Origin: a virus
Taxonomy: Duplodnaviria > Heunggongvirae > Uroviricota > Caudoviricetes
Virus record (IMG/VR): IMGVR_UViG_2617271087_000004
Reading direction: 5' to 3' (one strand)
Length of the DNA stretch: 64,000 nt
Part shown: piece after piece, positions 32,966 through 43,038 of the stretch
How the letters are laid out: every line of letters begins with the position of its first letter
How positions within the stretch are numbered: position 1 is the first letter of the stretch
Notes under the pieces: model-generated
What the model saw: only the letters and a program-made list of their open reading frames with translations
Databases searched by the model: none
Told to the model about the DNA's origin: nothing
Translations under genes and position numbers: made by a program

Positions 32966-34974
32966 ATTGCTATAACGTCATGAGCAACACCTCGAGTGTC
33001 CCCCTTACAAGACACAGAACGTCTGGCAAAAAGAGGTTCCACTCTGAAGCCACTGTCCTGATAAAGTTCTCTGATGTTTGGCGCGCCACTGTTAGTAATG
33101 AGAACCTTTGCACCTCGGCGATGAGCATCCGTCAACAGAGACGCCAGGCGTTTTTGCTCTTCAAACTTAAAGTCATGACCGGAATAGTTCGTGAATCCCT
33201 CTGTATTTGGGAGCGGTTCATACGGCGGATCGCAAAAGATGACATCTCCTTCTCCGGCAGCTTCAATCACCGCAGCAAAATCACCACATACAAACTCAGA
33301 ACGCCCTTCCGCACCAAGGAAGGCTTCCATCTCCTGCAATGGGAAATACGGAGTTTTATACTTCCCATAACCGACATTGAACTCACCGGCTTGGTTGTAA
33401 CGCGTCAATCCGTTAAAACAATGTCGGTTCAGGAACAAAAACGCCGCTGCGCGATGTAAATCATCATAGACTTGTTTGTTAAACGCATTCCGTACTGCCA
33501 GGTATCCTTCCTGCGTGTTGTAGTCCTGGAAGAAACGATGTGCCAGAGTGATAAGTGAATGCGCCTCGCGTTGCAGAGTCTTGTAAAAGTTAATCAGGTC
33601 AGCATTCACATCATTTAGCAGATTTTCCTGGTATCCGGCATTCATGAAGACAGCTCCGCCACCAACGAAAGGCTCAATCAGGCGCTTCCCTTCTGGCAAA
33701 TAGCGAAAGATTTGTTCCAGAACACCAAATTTTCCACCAGCCCATTTGAATATGGACCGTTCGAATTCTGCCGCTGGTTTAACTTTTCGCTCTTTTGTTT
33801 CACTCCCTTCCTTCTGCCGACATGCAGCCTTGGCAATCCGATCGCCAATCCAGCGCATTACTGGTATCGCCATACTATTGCCGATCGCTTTGTAACGCGG
33901 TCCGTCAGCTGCAAGCATCGCGGCCTCTTCTTCGCTCAAATCAGGATAGTTTTTGCGAAGGTATGCCAGTTCATCTGAAGAAACTTTTTTACGCTTTTCC
34001 GTAGGGATCAATGTATGTCCATCAGGAAAACCTTGCAGCCTTTCACATTCGACAGGGATAAGACGGCGCATTCTACCGTCGACGAGCAATACAATTGGTG
34101 CTTCATGGTTACATGTCAAAGTTGGTGCCGAATTATCGGTTTTTATCTCAGCCCCTCCTTGCCCATGTGCCATGGCAACTATGTTTGTATCATCGCAAGA
34201 TCTGATAGCGATGTTTGAAGTATATCTGGTAGTTTCCTTCCCCTCGCCTCTGCTCGGCGCAATATTCCGGCGCACGCCTTCGAACTCAAAAAGTACCGTT
34301 GCGGGATCGAGGTCTGTTCGAGCACTTGCGACAACAAACACGCGTCGGCGTCGTTGTGCCACTCCGAAGTATTGGGCATCAAGGATTCTCCAGGCCACCT
34401 TTCGCTGCGGTCCATAAATACAACCACACTGCGGCCACTTTGGAGCATGGCAACCGGTTTTGCCATCCCACCGCCAGAACGCGTTACTTTTTCCTGATTC
34501 AGGTCGATCACCTGGTTCAAATGGCGCATCTTCTCCAGCCAATCCGGCAAGGAAACATCCGAAGGCGTTATCTGCCGATGACAGGACTCCTGGGACATTT
34601 TCCCAGACGATAACTGTCGGTTTGAGGAAGGACTCAGACCGTTTGTCGTCAATTGCATTTGCAAGCTCCACATACTTCAAAGTTAGCGCGCCGCGTTCAT
34701 CATCAAGCCCACCACGTAAGCCCGCGATACTGAATGCCTGACAAGGCGTACCCCCGACGAGCACATCAGGGGATTCGATTTCCCCAGCCAGGACTTTTTT
34801 GGCAAGTTTTGTCATGTCGCCAAGGTTGGCGACATGGGGCCAGCGGTGCGCAAGAACGGCAGATGGAAAAGGCTCGATTTCAGCAAACCACGCCGGACGC
34901 ATACCCAACGGTTCCCAGGCAATACTCGCGGCTTCAATTCCACTGCAAACAGATCCATAGCACAGCTCTTTCAC
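32956..34974 (-). CDS. dmt: bifunctional DNA methyltransferase: N-terminal C5-cytosine MTase domain, C-terminal Dam-like N6-adenine MTase domain
   Basis: N-terminus has [24 protein letters not shown] motifs; C-terminus has KWAGGK...EPFVGGG and DPPY. Confidence 0.9.
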
Positions 34975-35876
34975 TGCTTAGCCTCTCCACCAAGGGCATT
35001 TACCAGAGCATCAACCAGGCACGAAATTTCACTGGTCAACAGGAAGAAATCTGCGTCCAGTCGCTGCGCAACATCTTCACTATCAATATCAGAGTTCTGC
35101 TCAAGCAATTCATCCGCAAATTTGACGCTGGTAAGGCTGAAGTTATGGTCCAGTGTAAATTTAATGCGGTTCTGCCAGTCGAGTGCCAACTTAGTAACGA
35201 GCTTGCCAGCTTCCAGGTGTGTGGAAATTTCATCGCTTCCCAAATCCTGCTTTTTCACTCGGGCAATACCGCCATCCTCAAGCACTGCCTTAAGTTCTGC
35301 CGCATCCCCCATTTGAAATCCCTGTGGAGCACTACCATCACGTACCCAGTCGGTCAGCGTTAATTCAATGGGATTTTCAACACTTAGGGGAACAACAGGA
35401 AGAGAACCCAGAGATTTACGCATAAGCGCGAGCATATCCTCTGCCTGCCGCGCGCTGGCATTGATATAGATACGTTTAGTTGAACCGTCGTAGATCGCCT
35501 GGATAACAGAAAACTTTGAAAAAGCCCGTGGCAGAAGAGAATGCAGAACTTCGTCTTTCAGGGAGTCCTTCTCTGTTTTCTTCAGTTTACGCGCTTGTTC
35601 TTGCTCGAGTTTTTCAATTTTTTCTTGAATAGCTCGCTGGATAACCGGCGGGGGAAGGATTTTTGTTTCGCGCTTTGCTTCAACAAGGATAAAACCATTT
35701 CCATGCATAGCGATAACTTCGGAATTATCACCAAATGGAGATACAAAACCGAACTTGGCCATATCCTGACTACCGCATGGCGTGAAAAGGATCATTTTCT
35801 TTTTATCTTCTAAGTCGGTCAGATCCGCTTCACGAGAAAGTTTATAAATAGTAATGTTTTTCCAGTGCTTAAACAT
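34971..35876 (-). CDS. hrdC: RdgC-like recombination-associated protein (start moved to Met matching the RdgC N-terminus)
   Basis: [13 protein letters not shown]...[17 protein letters not shown] resembles RdgC; track ORF 34971..35990 starts upstream. Confidence 0.85.
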   Translation of the reverse strand: MFKHWKNITIYKLSREADLTDLEDKKKMILFTPCGSQDMAKFGFVSPFGDNSEVIAMHGNGFILVEAKRETKILPPPVIQRAIQEKIEKLEQEQARKLKKTEKDSLKDEVLHSLLPRAFSKFSVIQAIYDGSTKRIYINASARQAEDMLALMRKSLGSLPVVPLSVENPIELTLTDWVRDGSAPQGFQMGDAAELKAVLEDGGIARVKKQDLGSDEISTHLEAGKLVTKLALDWQNRIKFTLDHNFSLTSVKFADELLEQNSDIDSEDVAQRLDADFFLLTSEISCLVDALVNALGGEAKQ

Positions 35877-36225
35877 GTTGTAACCCTTGAATATCAACCA
35901 CAGAAAGCTCGTTTTTGTAGAAAAAGGCCAGGTTGAGGCACCCCCTAGTTTGAGCGTATGAGCTGGGACCAATTTCGTTCTTCCAGACAAATGGCTTCAA
36001 ATCCGTACGGCGAAGCATAAAAACGCGATTTGTTCCGCTCTGATTCCCAATGAGGCAAAAGCCTTCTTTCACCTTGATAGCCTGCAAGTTGTCGAGTTCA
36101 CCGCTGGTTACACGGCTATCGAACTCTTTGCGGCTTATTAGCTCCATCTGCATCTGACGACTCCAAACAAATACCCATTGAAGGGCGATGGCTGAATGGT
36201 ACCGAAAACACGACATAAAAAACAA
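35869..36225 (-). CDS. uhr: hypothetical protein upstream of hrdC
   Basis: 118-aa ORF; start adjacent to a C1 operator. Confidence 0.5.
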   Translation of the reverse strand: MFFMSCFRYHSAIALQWVFVWSRQMQMELISRKEFDSRVTSGELDNLQAIKVKEGFCLIGNQSGTNRVFMLRRTDLKPFVWKNEIGPSSYAQTRGCLNLAFFYKNELSVVDIQGLQHV

Positions 36226-36241
36226 TATTTATTAGAGCAAT
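36225..36241 (-). promoter_or_regulatory. C1 operator
   Basis: atatttattagagcaat, 16/17. Confidence 0.6.
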
Positions 36242-36321
36242 CATGCAATAGTTAACACCATATAGACCACAAGTAACCTAAGTTAAAATAACGAAAACCA
36301 GAGCAAATAATTGGTGATGAC

Positions 36322-36606
36322 GTGGCAAGTATTGCAACAAAAGACAGCATTTGTTCGGGGCACGGAGGATTCCCATCCAGGCCTCCTGTAGAGAGTGAAC
36401 CACTACTTAAAGTCAACGGAGTCGAAGTGTTAGTTGATGGTAAGCAATATGCACAGCATACCGATGGAAACAGTACGCACGGTGGGCAAGCTATATCAAC
36501 CAGGGCATGGTTTACCGTCAATGGTAAAGGGATCGTATGCGTTGGTGACCCTGTTTCATGCGGATCTACCGTAGCGTCCGGAGACGGCCTGGTTCAGGTA
36601 AGTTAG
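36322..36606 (+). CDS. PAAR-like small protein (candidate spike-tip protein)
   Basis: 94-aa ORF with spaced Cys/His/Gly motifs (CSGHGG...THGG...CVGDPVSCGS). Confidence 0.45.
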   Translation: MASIATKDSICSGHGGFPSRPPVESEPLLKVNGVEVLVDGKQYAQHTDGNSTHGGQAISTRAWFTVNGKGIVCVGDPVSCGSTVASGDGLVQVS

Positions 36607-36614
36607 GAGATATC

Positions 36615-37403
36615 ATGCTGGAAAAAGACTACCAGTTATCCGCATATAAAAAATTGGCCGCCACCGGTGGGATGAAAACACCTGGTGCCATAACATCGGC
36701 ACGAAACAGTGCTAACACAGCAAAACTGCTTGCAGAAGAATTGACCGGATTAATTCTCGATACAATTGTCTATCCCGACACTATTACCAGCTATGTTTCA
36801 ACGATCAGAACAACCACAACCGGCTTAACGAACATTGGAGAACTGGCAACTAAGCACGCGGACCTGTTGGCTGGTTATGCTGATCTGTCAATGCTCCTTC
36901 AACTCGATATTGGTTGGGATGTTTACTGTCGTGCTAATGAGCGAGAAGTATCAGAACTGCCGATCTCTATTGCCATTGGTGATGTGACTATTACTAAATC
37001 GCTTGAGGACGCTGTAAACGCGCTTAATACATCAAGTTTAGTCGCTGCTATGGGGGAGATTAACCAGACCCTTAACACTGGCTCAGGAAGCTCGTCAGGC
37101 TCTGGTTCAGGCGGCGGCACTGCCACTCCCCCACCAGCACTAACAGAAGAGCAAATTGAATCTCTGAAAGTAGCAACTGAACAGTTTGGGGTTGTTTTCA
37201 ACCAGACAACAGCGCCCACAACTGCGTTACAACAGCAGTATGAACGAGCGAATGAAAGCGCCAACGTAGCCATAACTGCTTATAACCATGCTATCGGTAC
37301 CGCGCTTGCGGAAGCATCAGCAAATAAGGTCAGCACAGCCAGCGCAGTTGCCGCTTTGGTTCCTGATTCTGTTCTTGATGAATTAAACAAAGCGGCACAG
37401 TAA
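36615..37403 (+). CDS. hypothetical protein with Gly/Ser-rich linker (start moved to ATG with AGGAG SD)
   Basis: Track ORF 36558..37403; internal GSGSSSGSGSGGG linker. Confidence 0.5.
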   Translation: MLEKDYQLSAYKKLAATGGMKTPGAITSARNSANTAKLLAEELTGLILDTIVYPDTITSYVSTIRTTTTGLTNIGELATKHADLLAGYADLSMLLQLDIGWDVYCRANEREVSELPISIAIGDVTITKSLEDAVNALNTSSLVAAMGEINQTLNTGSGSSSGSGSGGGTATPPPALTEEQIESLKVATEQFGVVFNQTTAPTTALQQQYERANESANVAITAYNHAIGTALAEASANKVSTASAVAALVPDSVLDELNKAAQ

Positions 37404-37442
37404 CAAAGGACTTCATTGATAATTTTTCTTCAGGAGGAAGAC

Positions 37443-37865
37443 ATGTCATTCTTTTCTACGTTAAAAACAGCTTTGTCTTTGAAGGAGAAACTTGCTGCTA
37501 CTGGTGTTCTTGTTCTGATTTGCGCACTTGTTGGTGCTGGGTTTGCATGGGAACGTCATCAGCTAAAGCAAGCCATGGAGAAAATTGGCAGTCTTGGTCA
37601 GGCTGTTAAGGAACGTGATAAGTCAATAATGGATCTTAACCAGACCATTGAGACGATGAACAAAGCAGAGCAACATTTTCACAGCCAGGAAGTGAAAAAT
37701 GAATCAGAACAAGCCAAATATGCTGACAGGCAAATGGAACGAAAAGCTGAAGTTCAGAAACAACTGGTTGCGGCGGGTAATGTTCGCCAGCGCATTCCTG
37801 CTGACACTCAGCGGTTGCTCCGGGAGTCGATCAGCGAATTTAACGCCGACGCCGACAAAGGTTAA
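37443..37865 (+). CDS. i-spanin (Rz-like): N-terminal TM anchor plus coiled coil
   Basis: AGGAGG SD; TM segment TGVLVLICALVGAGFAW followed by coiled-coil region. Confidence 0.6.
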   Translation: MSFFSTLKTALSLKEKLAATGVLVLICALVGAGFAWERHQLKQAMEKIGSLGQAVKERDKSIMDLNQTIETMNKAEQHFHSQEVKNESEQAKYADRQMERKAEVQKQLVAAGNVRQRIPADTQRLLRESISEFNADADKG

Positions 37866-38031
37866 CCACCCTGCCCCCAAAAGTGCATTTATGTGCAGAA
37901 TGCCAGAGTTTAGCAGTGAATATTTTGATGATCTGCCAGCGTATATCCTCGATACAGAAACGATGCTGAAGGGGATTAACAGGAAGAATCGCAACGTTAA
38001 TGATTACAACCGTGCTATCAGCGGTAACTAA
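37777..38031 (+). CDS. o-spanin (Rz1-like) lipoprotein overlapping the i-spanin 3' end
   Basis: Lipobox LTLSGC then Pro-rich mature region; +1 frame overlap with the preceding ORF; start uncertain. Confidence 0.5.
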   Translation, partial: VMFASAFLLTLSGCSGSRSANLTPTPTKVNHPAPKSAFMCRMPEFSSEYFDDLPAYILDTETMLKGINRKNRNVNDYNRAISGN

Positions 38032-38042
38032 AAGGAAAAACT

Positions 38043-38402
38043 ATGTCCGATATGGAAATTGAAAAAGAGATTCTGGCCAAAGGCAAAACAGCACCACGCC
38101 TGACTCCTGATCACATCGAGAGTGTGATTGCCGAAGAGCATTATTTCACAGCTTTTGACGGCATTCGCGCTGCGCACGAAGGCGTTCGTGAGGTGCTGTC
38201 TGTTCATCCCTCTACGCGTAGCCTGACCATCTGTGTCTTGGTGCTGTGCAATGGATTCATTGTTACCGGGGAAAGCGCCTGTGCCAGCCCTGAAAATTTC
38301 GACGCGGAGATTGGCCGTAAGGTGGCCCGTAAGAACGCCATTGAGAAAATCTGGCCGCTGGAAGGTTATCTGCTGAAGCAAAAGCTCAGCGAGCAGATTT
38401 AA
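38043..38402 (+). CDS. hypothetical protein
   Basis: 119-aa ORF. Confidence 0.5.
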   Translation: MSDMEIEKEILAKGKTAPRLTPDHIESVIAEEHYFTAFDGIRAAHEGVREVLSVHPSTRSLTICVLVLCNGFIVTGESACASPENFDAEIGRKVARKNAIEKIWPLEGYLLKQKLSEQI

Positions 38403-38472
38403 TCAACTGTAGAAATCGTAATATCAACACTCATGACTTTACTTTGGCAGGAAGCCACTAAGGACAAACAAC

Positions 38473-38874
38473 ATGTTTGCGGTTAAACAAGAAATAAACA
38501 ACGCTACTTCTTTGTTCGAAATTGAGAGTATTACCGTTGGATATCCTGGGTCAGATCAATTTAAACAGGCGTTCGAGATTGCTGAAGAACTGGGTATCAA
38601 AACGCCTGATGCGATTGAATATATCCCTGTTGCGTACGAAGATGAGGAGATGACAAAGGCAATCGGGGAAGAGCAAACTTTGAGTACAGAGCGTAAGGAT
38701 GTACAGCGGGATGACTGTATCGCCGTGATTTGCTCTGGGGTTGCTTCTGAAATGTTCCCCGACCTCCCTGCCATAGGAGGTGTTGGTTATCAATTCCTCT
38801 ACAAAGGTGATACGTTACGCATCTATACAAGTAGTTTGTTGATCGAAGAAGTAGGTACGGAAAACGACAACTAA
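38473..38874 (+). CDS. hypothetical acidic protein
   Basis: 133-aa ORF. Confidence 0.5.
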   Translation: MFAVKQEINNATSLFEIESITVGYPGSDQFKQAFEIAEELGIKTPDAIEYIPVAYEDEEMTKAIGEEQTLSTERKDVQRDDCIAVICSGVASEMFPDLPAIGGVGYQFLYKGDTLRIYTSSLLIEEVGTENDN

Positions 38875-38923
38875 TTCGCTTCAACTCTTCACAGAAATCG
38901 GTCCTCAGTGGCCGGTTTTTCAC

Positions 38924-39182
38924 TTATCCACATTATCCACTGGGTAGATCCAATAATCAGGTCCATACAGATCCCAATTAGATCCATATAGATCCCTGAT
39001 CGTTGCAGGCCGCGCCACGTCTGGCTTAGAAGTGTATCGCGATGTGTGCTGGAGGGAAAACGATGTGTGCTGGAGGGATAAAAATGTGTGCTGACGGGTT
39101 GCTAATGTGTGCTGGCGGGATATAGGATGTGTGCTGACGGGAAAGCCTGGGTAGTTATCACCACTTATAAAAACTATCCACA
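38924..39182. promoter_or_regulatory. oriR: plasmid origin oriR: tandem DnaA boxes, five GATC sites, incC iterons
   Basis: TTATCCACA/TTATCCACT at 38924-38941; GATC at 38947-39001; DnaA-like box at 39174-39182. Confidence 0.8.
39041..39144 (+). repeat. incC: incC: five direct 19-bp RepA iterons (GATGTGTGCTGGAGGGAAA-like)
   Basis: Five ~21-bp-spaced copies immediately upstream of repA. Confidence 0.85.
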
Positions 39183-39200
39183 CAATTCGGAAAAAGTAAT

Positions 39201-40061
39201 ATGAATCAATCATTTATCTCCGATATTCTTTACGCAGACATTGAAAGTAAGGCAAAAGAACTAACAGTTAATTCAAACAACACTGTGCAGCCTGTAGCGT
39301 TGATGCGCTTGGGGGTATTCGTGCCGAAGCCATCAAAGAGCAAAGGAGAAAGTAAAGAGATTGATGCCACCAAAGCGTTTTCCCAGCTGGAGATAGCTAA
39401 AGCCGAGGGTTACGATGATATTAAAATCACCGGTCCTCGACTCGATATGGATACTGATTTCAAAACGTGGATCGGTGTCATCTACGCGTTCAGCAAATAC
39501 GGCTTGTCCTCAAACACCATCCAGTTATCGTTTCAGGAATTCGCTAAAGCCTGTGGTTTCCCCTCAAAACGTCTGGATGCGAAACTGCGTTTAACCATTC
39601 ATGAATCACTTGGACGCTTGCGTAACAAGGGTATCGCTTTTAAGCGCGGAAAAGATGCTAAAGGCGGCTATCAGACTGGTCTGCTGAAGGTCGGGCGTTT
39701 TGATGCTGACCTTGATCTGATAGAGCTGGAGGCTGATTCGAAGTTGTGGGAGCTGTTCCAGCTTGATTATCGCGTTCTGTTGCAACACCACGCCTTGCGT
39801 GCCCTTCCTAAGAAAGAAGCTGCACAAGCCATTTACACTTTCATCGAAAGCCTTCCGCAGAACCCGTTGCCGCTATCGTTCGCGCGAATCCGTGAGCGCC
39901 TGGCTTTGCAGTCAGCTGTTGGCGAGCAAAACCGTATCATTAAGAAAGCGATAGAACAGCTTAAAACAATCGGCTATCTCGACTGTTCAATTGAGAAGAA
40001 AGGCCGGGAAAGTTTTGTAATCGTCCATTCTCGCAATCCAAAGCTGAAACTCCCCGAATAA
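39201..40061 (+). CDS. repA: RepA plasmid replication initiator
   Basis: 286-aa ORF flanked by iteron arrays. Confidence 0.95.
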   Translation: MNQSFISDILYADIESKAKELTVNSNNTVQPVALMRLGVFVPKPSKSKGESKEIDATKAFSQLEIAKAEGYDDIKITGPRLDMDTDFKTWIGVIYAFSKYGLSSNTIQLSFQEFAKACGFPSKRLDAKLRLTIHESLGRLRNKGIAFKRGKDAKGGYQTGLLKVGRFDADLDLIELEADSKLWELFQLDYRVLLQHHALRALPKKEAAQAIYTFIESLPQNPLPLSFARIRERLALQSAVGEQNRIIKKAIEQLKTIGYLDCSIEKKGRESFVIVHSRNPKLKLPE

Positions 40062-40345
40062 GTGTGTGCTGGAGGGCAGCTGCATTCAAAAAATGTGTGC
40101 TGCCGGGAAGGCTTGTCCAATTTCCTGTTTTTGATGTGCGCTGGAGGGGGACGCCCCGCAGTTTGCCCAGACTTTCCCTCCAGCACACATCTGTCCATCA
40201 GTTTTTCCCTCCAGCGCACATGTAATTCTCTGTCTTTCCCTCCAGCACACATATTTGATACCAGCGATCCCTCCACAGCACATAATTCAATGCGACTTCC
40301 CTCTATCGCACATCTTAGACTTTTATTCTCCCTCCAGCACACATC
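40062..40345. repeat. incA: incA: nine RepA iterons in two orientations
   Basis: Three forward and six reverse (CCCTCCAGCACACAT-type) copies downstream of repA. Confidence 0.85.
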
Positions 40346-40618
40346 GAAGCTGCCGGGCAAGCCGTTCTCACCAGTTGATAGAGAGTGAAGCCTGGCTGCC
40401 CGTTGAAGCAGGAAATCACCAAAATGATTCAGGCTACAACCTGAACATAGAAGAAATCCGCGTCCTTTATACGTGGAGGATGCCAAAGCATGTTGTGACA
40501 CACTTGGCAAAGGAGTAAACATGCAGAGAATGCTATGTACAAGCATCTACGCATACATTATTATTTTATGCAGCATTTTTAATTAAATTCAAAAATACAG
40601 CATAAAGGATGACTTTCG

Positions 40619-41815
40619 ATGAGTGATTCCAGCCAGCTTCACAAGGTTGCTCAAAGAGCAAACAGAATGCTCAATGTTCTGACTGAACAAGTACAGTTGC
40701 AAAAGGATGAGCTACACGCGAACGAGTTTTACCAGGTCTATGCGAAAGCGGCACTGGCAAAATTGCCTCTACTGACTCGAGCGAACGTTGACTATGCCGT
40801 AAGTGAAATGGAAGAAAAGGGCTATGTTTTCGATAAACGCCCTGCTGGCTCTTCAATGAAATATGCGATGTCAATTCAGAACATCATTGACATATATGAA
40901 CATCGCGGAGTGCCAAAATACCGGGATCGCTACAGCGAAGCGTATGTGATTTTCATCTCCAATCTTAAAGGCGGTGTGTCAAAAACTGTATCGACGGTTT
41001 CTCTGGCGCATGCAATGCGTGCCCACCCTCATCTTCTGATGGAAGATTTAAGGATTCTGGTTATTGACCTTGATCCGCAATCTTCAGCAACGATGTTTTT
41101 AAGCCATAAACACTCTATTGGTATCGTAAACGCAACATCTGCACAGGCTATGTTGCAGAATGTAAGCCGTGAAGAGCTGTTAGAGGAGTTTATTGTTCCT
41201 TCTGTTGTACCTGGGGTTGACGTTATGCCTGCGTCGATTGACGATGCCTTTATTGCATCCGATTGGAGAGAGCTGTGCAATGAGCATCTACCGGGTCAGA
41301 ACATCCATGCAGTCCTGAAAGAAAATGTGATTGATAAGCTGAAGAGCGATTATGACTTTATCCTCGTTGATAGTGGTCCTCACCTTGACGCCTTCCTGAA
41401 AAATGCTTTGGCCTCGGCCAATATACTGTTTACACCTCTGCCGCCTGCAACGGTTGATTTCCACTCATCGCTTAAATACGTTGCCCGCCTTCCTGAGTTG
41501 GTGAAACTCATTTCGGATGAAGGCTGCGAGTGTCAGCTTGCAACTAACATTGGTTTTATGTCCAAGTTGAGTAACAAGGCAGACCATAAGTATTGCCATA
41601 GCCTGGCTAAAGAAGTGTTCGGTGGGGATATGCTTGATGTTGTCCTCCCTCGCCTTGACGGTTTTGAACGCTGCGGCGAGTCTTTTGACACTGTTATTTC
41701 AGCTAACCCGGCAACGTATGTTGGTAGTGCTGATGCATTGAAGAACGCGCGAATTGCTGCGGAAGATTTTGCTAAAGCAGTTTTTGACCGTATTGAATTT
41801 ATCAGATCTAACTGA
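40619..41815 (+). CDS. parA: ParA partition ATPase
   Basis: 398-aa Walker-type ATPase (KGGVSKT) with extended N-terminal domain. Confidence 0.95.
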   Translation: MSDSSQLHKVAQRANRMLNVLTEQVQLQKDELHANEFYQVYAKAALAKLPLLTRANVDYAVSEMEEKGYVFDKRPAGSSMKYAMSIQNIIDIYEHRGVPKYRDRYSEAYVIFISNLKGGVSKTVSTVSLAHAMRAHPHLLMEDLRILVIDLDPQSSATMFLSHKHSIGIVNATSAQAMLQNVSREELLEEFIVPSVVPGVDVMPASIDDAFIASDWRELCNEHLPGQNIHAVLKENVIDKLKSDYDFILVDSGPHLDAFLKNALASANILFTPLPPATVDFHSSLKYVARLPELVKLISDEGCECQLATNIGFMSKLSNKADHKYCHSLAKEVFGGDMLDVVLPRLDGFERCGESFDTVISANPATYVGSADALKNARIAAEDFAKAVFDRIEFIRSN

Positions 41816-41831
41816 GGAGTAAGAAACCCCC

Positions 41832-42833
41832 ATGTCAAAGAAAAACAGACCAACAATTGGGCGAACCCTTAATCCTTCAATATTAAGCGGATTTGATAGT
41901 TCTTCAGCCTCTGGCGATCGAGTCGAGCAGGTATTCAAGTTATCAACTGGTCGCCAGGCCACATTTATTGAAGAGGTAATACCTCCGAACCAGGTAGAAA
42001 GCGATACCTTTGTTGATCAGCATAACAACGGGCGTGACCAGGCATCTCTTACGCCAAAATCATTAAAAAGTATCCGAAGCACTATTAAGCATCAGCAATT
42101 TTACCCTGCAATAGGTGTTAGACGGGCTACAGGGAAAATTGAAATTTTGGATGGTTCCCGGCGTCGAGCTTCTGCCATCTTAGAGAACGTAGGGTTGCGG
42201 GTTTTAGTCACGGACCAGGAGATCAGCGTTCAGGAAGCGCAAAATTTAGCGAAAGACGTTCAGACAGCATTGCAGCACAGCATTCGAGAAATAGGTCTGC
42301 GTTTGATGCGAATGAAAAATGATGGGATGAGTCAGAAGGATATTGCAGCCAAGGAAGGGCTGTCTCAGGCGAAAGTCACGCGTGCTCTCCAGGCAGCGAG
42401 TGCTCCGGAAGAATTAGTCGCCCTTTTCCCTGTGCAGTCGGAATTAACCTTTTCGGACTACAAAACGCTTTGTGCTGTTGGCGACGAAATGGGGAACAAG
42501 AATTTAGAGTTTGATCAGCTTATTCAAAACATATCCCCGGAAATAAACGACATCTTATCCATTGAAGAAATGGCCGAAGATGAAGTTAAAAATAAAATCC
42601 TGCGCTTGATAACAAAGGAAGCCTCACTACTCACGGATAAAGGTTCTAAAGATAAGTCCGTAGTTACTGAATTATGGAAATTTGAGGACAAGGATCGCTT
42701 TGCAAGGAAGCGCGTGAAAGGCCGTGCATTTTCTTATGAGTTTAATCGACTTTCAAAAGAGCTACAGGAAGAACTCGACAGGATGATTGGGCATATCCTT
42801 AGAAAGAGCCTCGATAAAAAGCCGAAGCCTTAA
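41832..42833 (+). CDS. parB: ParB partition protein
   Basis: 333-aa ORF immediately followed by parS. Confidence 0.93.
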   Translation: MSKKNRPTIGRTLNPSILSGFDSSSASGDRVEQVFKLSTGRQATFIEEVIPPNQVESDTFVDQHNNGRDQASLTPKSLKSIRSTIKHQQFYPAIGVRRATGKIEILDGSRRRASAILENVGLRVLVTDQEISVQEAQNLAKDVQTALQHSIREIGLRLMRMKNDGMSQKDIAAKEGLSQAKVTRALQAASAPEELVALFPVQSELTFSDYKTLCAVGDEMGNKNLEFDQLIQNISPEINDILSIEEMAEDEVKNKILRLITKEASLLTDKGSKDKSVVTELWKFEDKDRFARKRVKGRAFSYEFNRLSKELQEELDRMIGHILRKSLDKKPKP

Positions 42834-42836
42834 ACT

Positions 42837-42922
42837 TTCGCCATTCAAATTTCACTATTAACCTACTGTTTTTAAAGTAAATCACTCTAAAATTTCAAGG
42901 TGAAATCGCCACGATTTCACCT
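42837..42922. other. parS: parS centromere: ATTTCAC heptamer and TCGCCA hexamer boxes flanking an AT-rich IHF-like region
   Basis: tcgcca/atttcac at 42838-42855 and gtgaaatcgccacgatttcac at ~42900-42920. Confidence 0.8.
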
Positions 42923-42989
42923 TGGGTTTTACCTTCCTCCCCTACTCCCGAAAAAAAATAAAAAAATTGCTTGTCACGAGAAAGTCAAC

Positions 42990-43008
42990 AAGTGACTTTC
43001 AATAAAAT
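42990..43008 (+). promoter_or_regulatory. late promoter candidate (AGTGACT-N5-TAAAAT)
   Basis: ~30 nt upstream of the capsid gene start. Confidence 0.5.
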
Positions 43009-43038
43009 CTCTTCCGAAAAGGGATTCACACAAGTGCC

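Noticed and set aside
39041-40345. Arrays of short direct repeats that could be mistaken for a CRISPR array
   Set aside because: They are 19-bp RepA iterons (incC and incA) flanking repA, with no spacer-repeat regularity and no cas genes. The track ORFs across them (39974..40546, 40062..40388, 40086..40283) are artefacts of the repeats.
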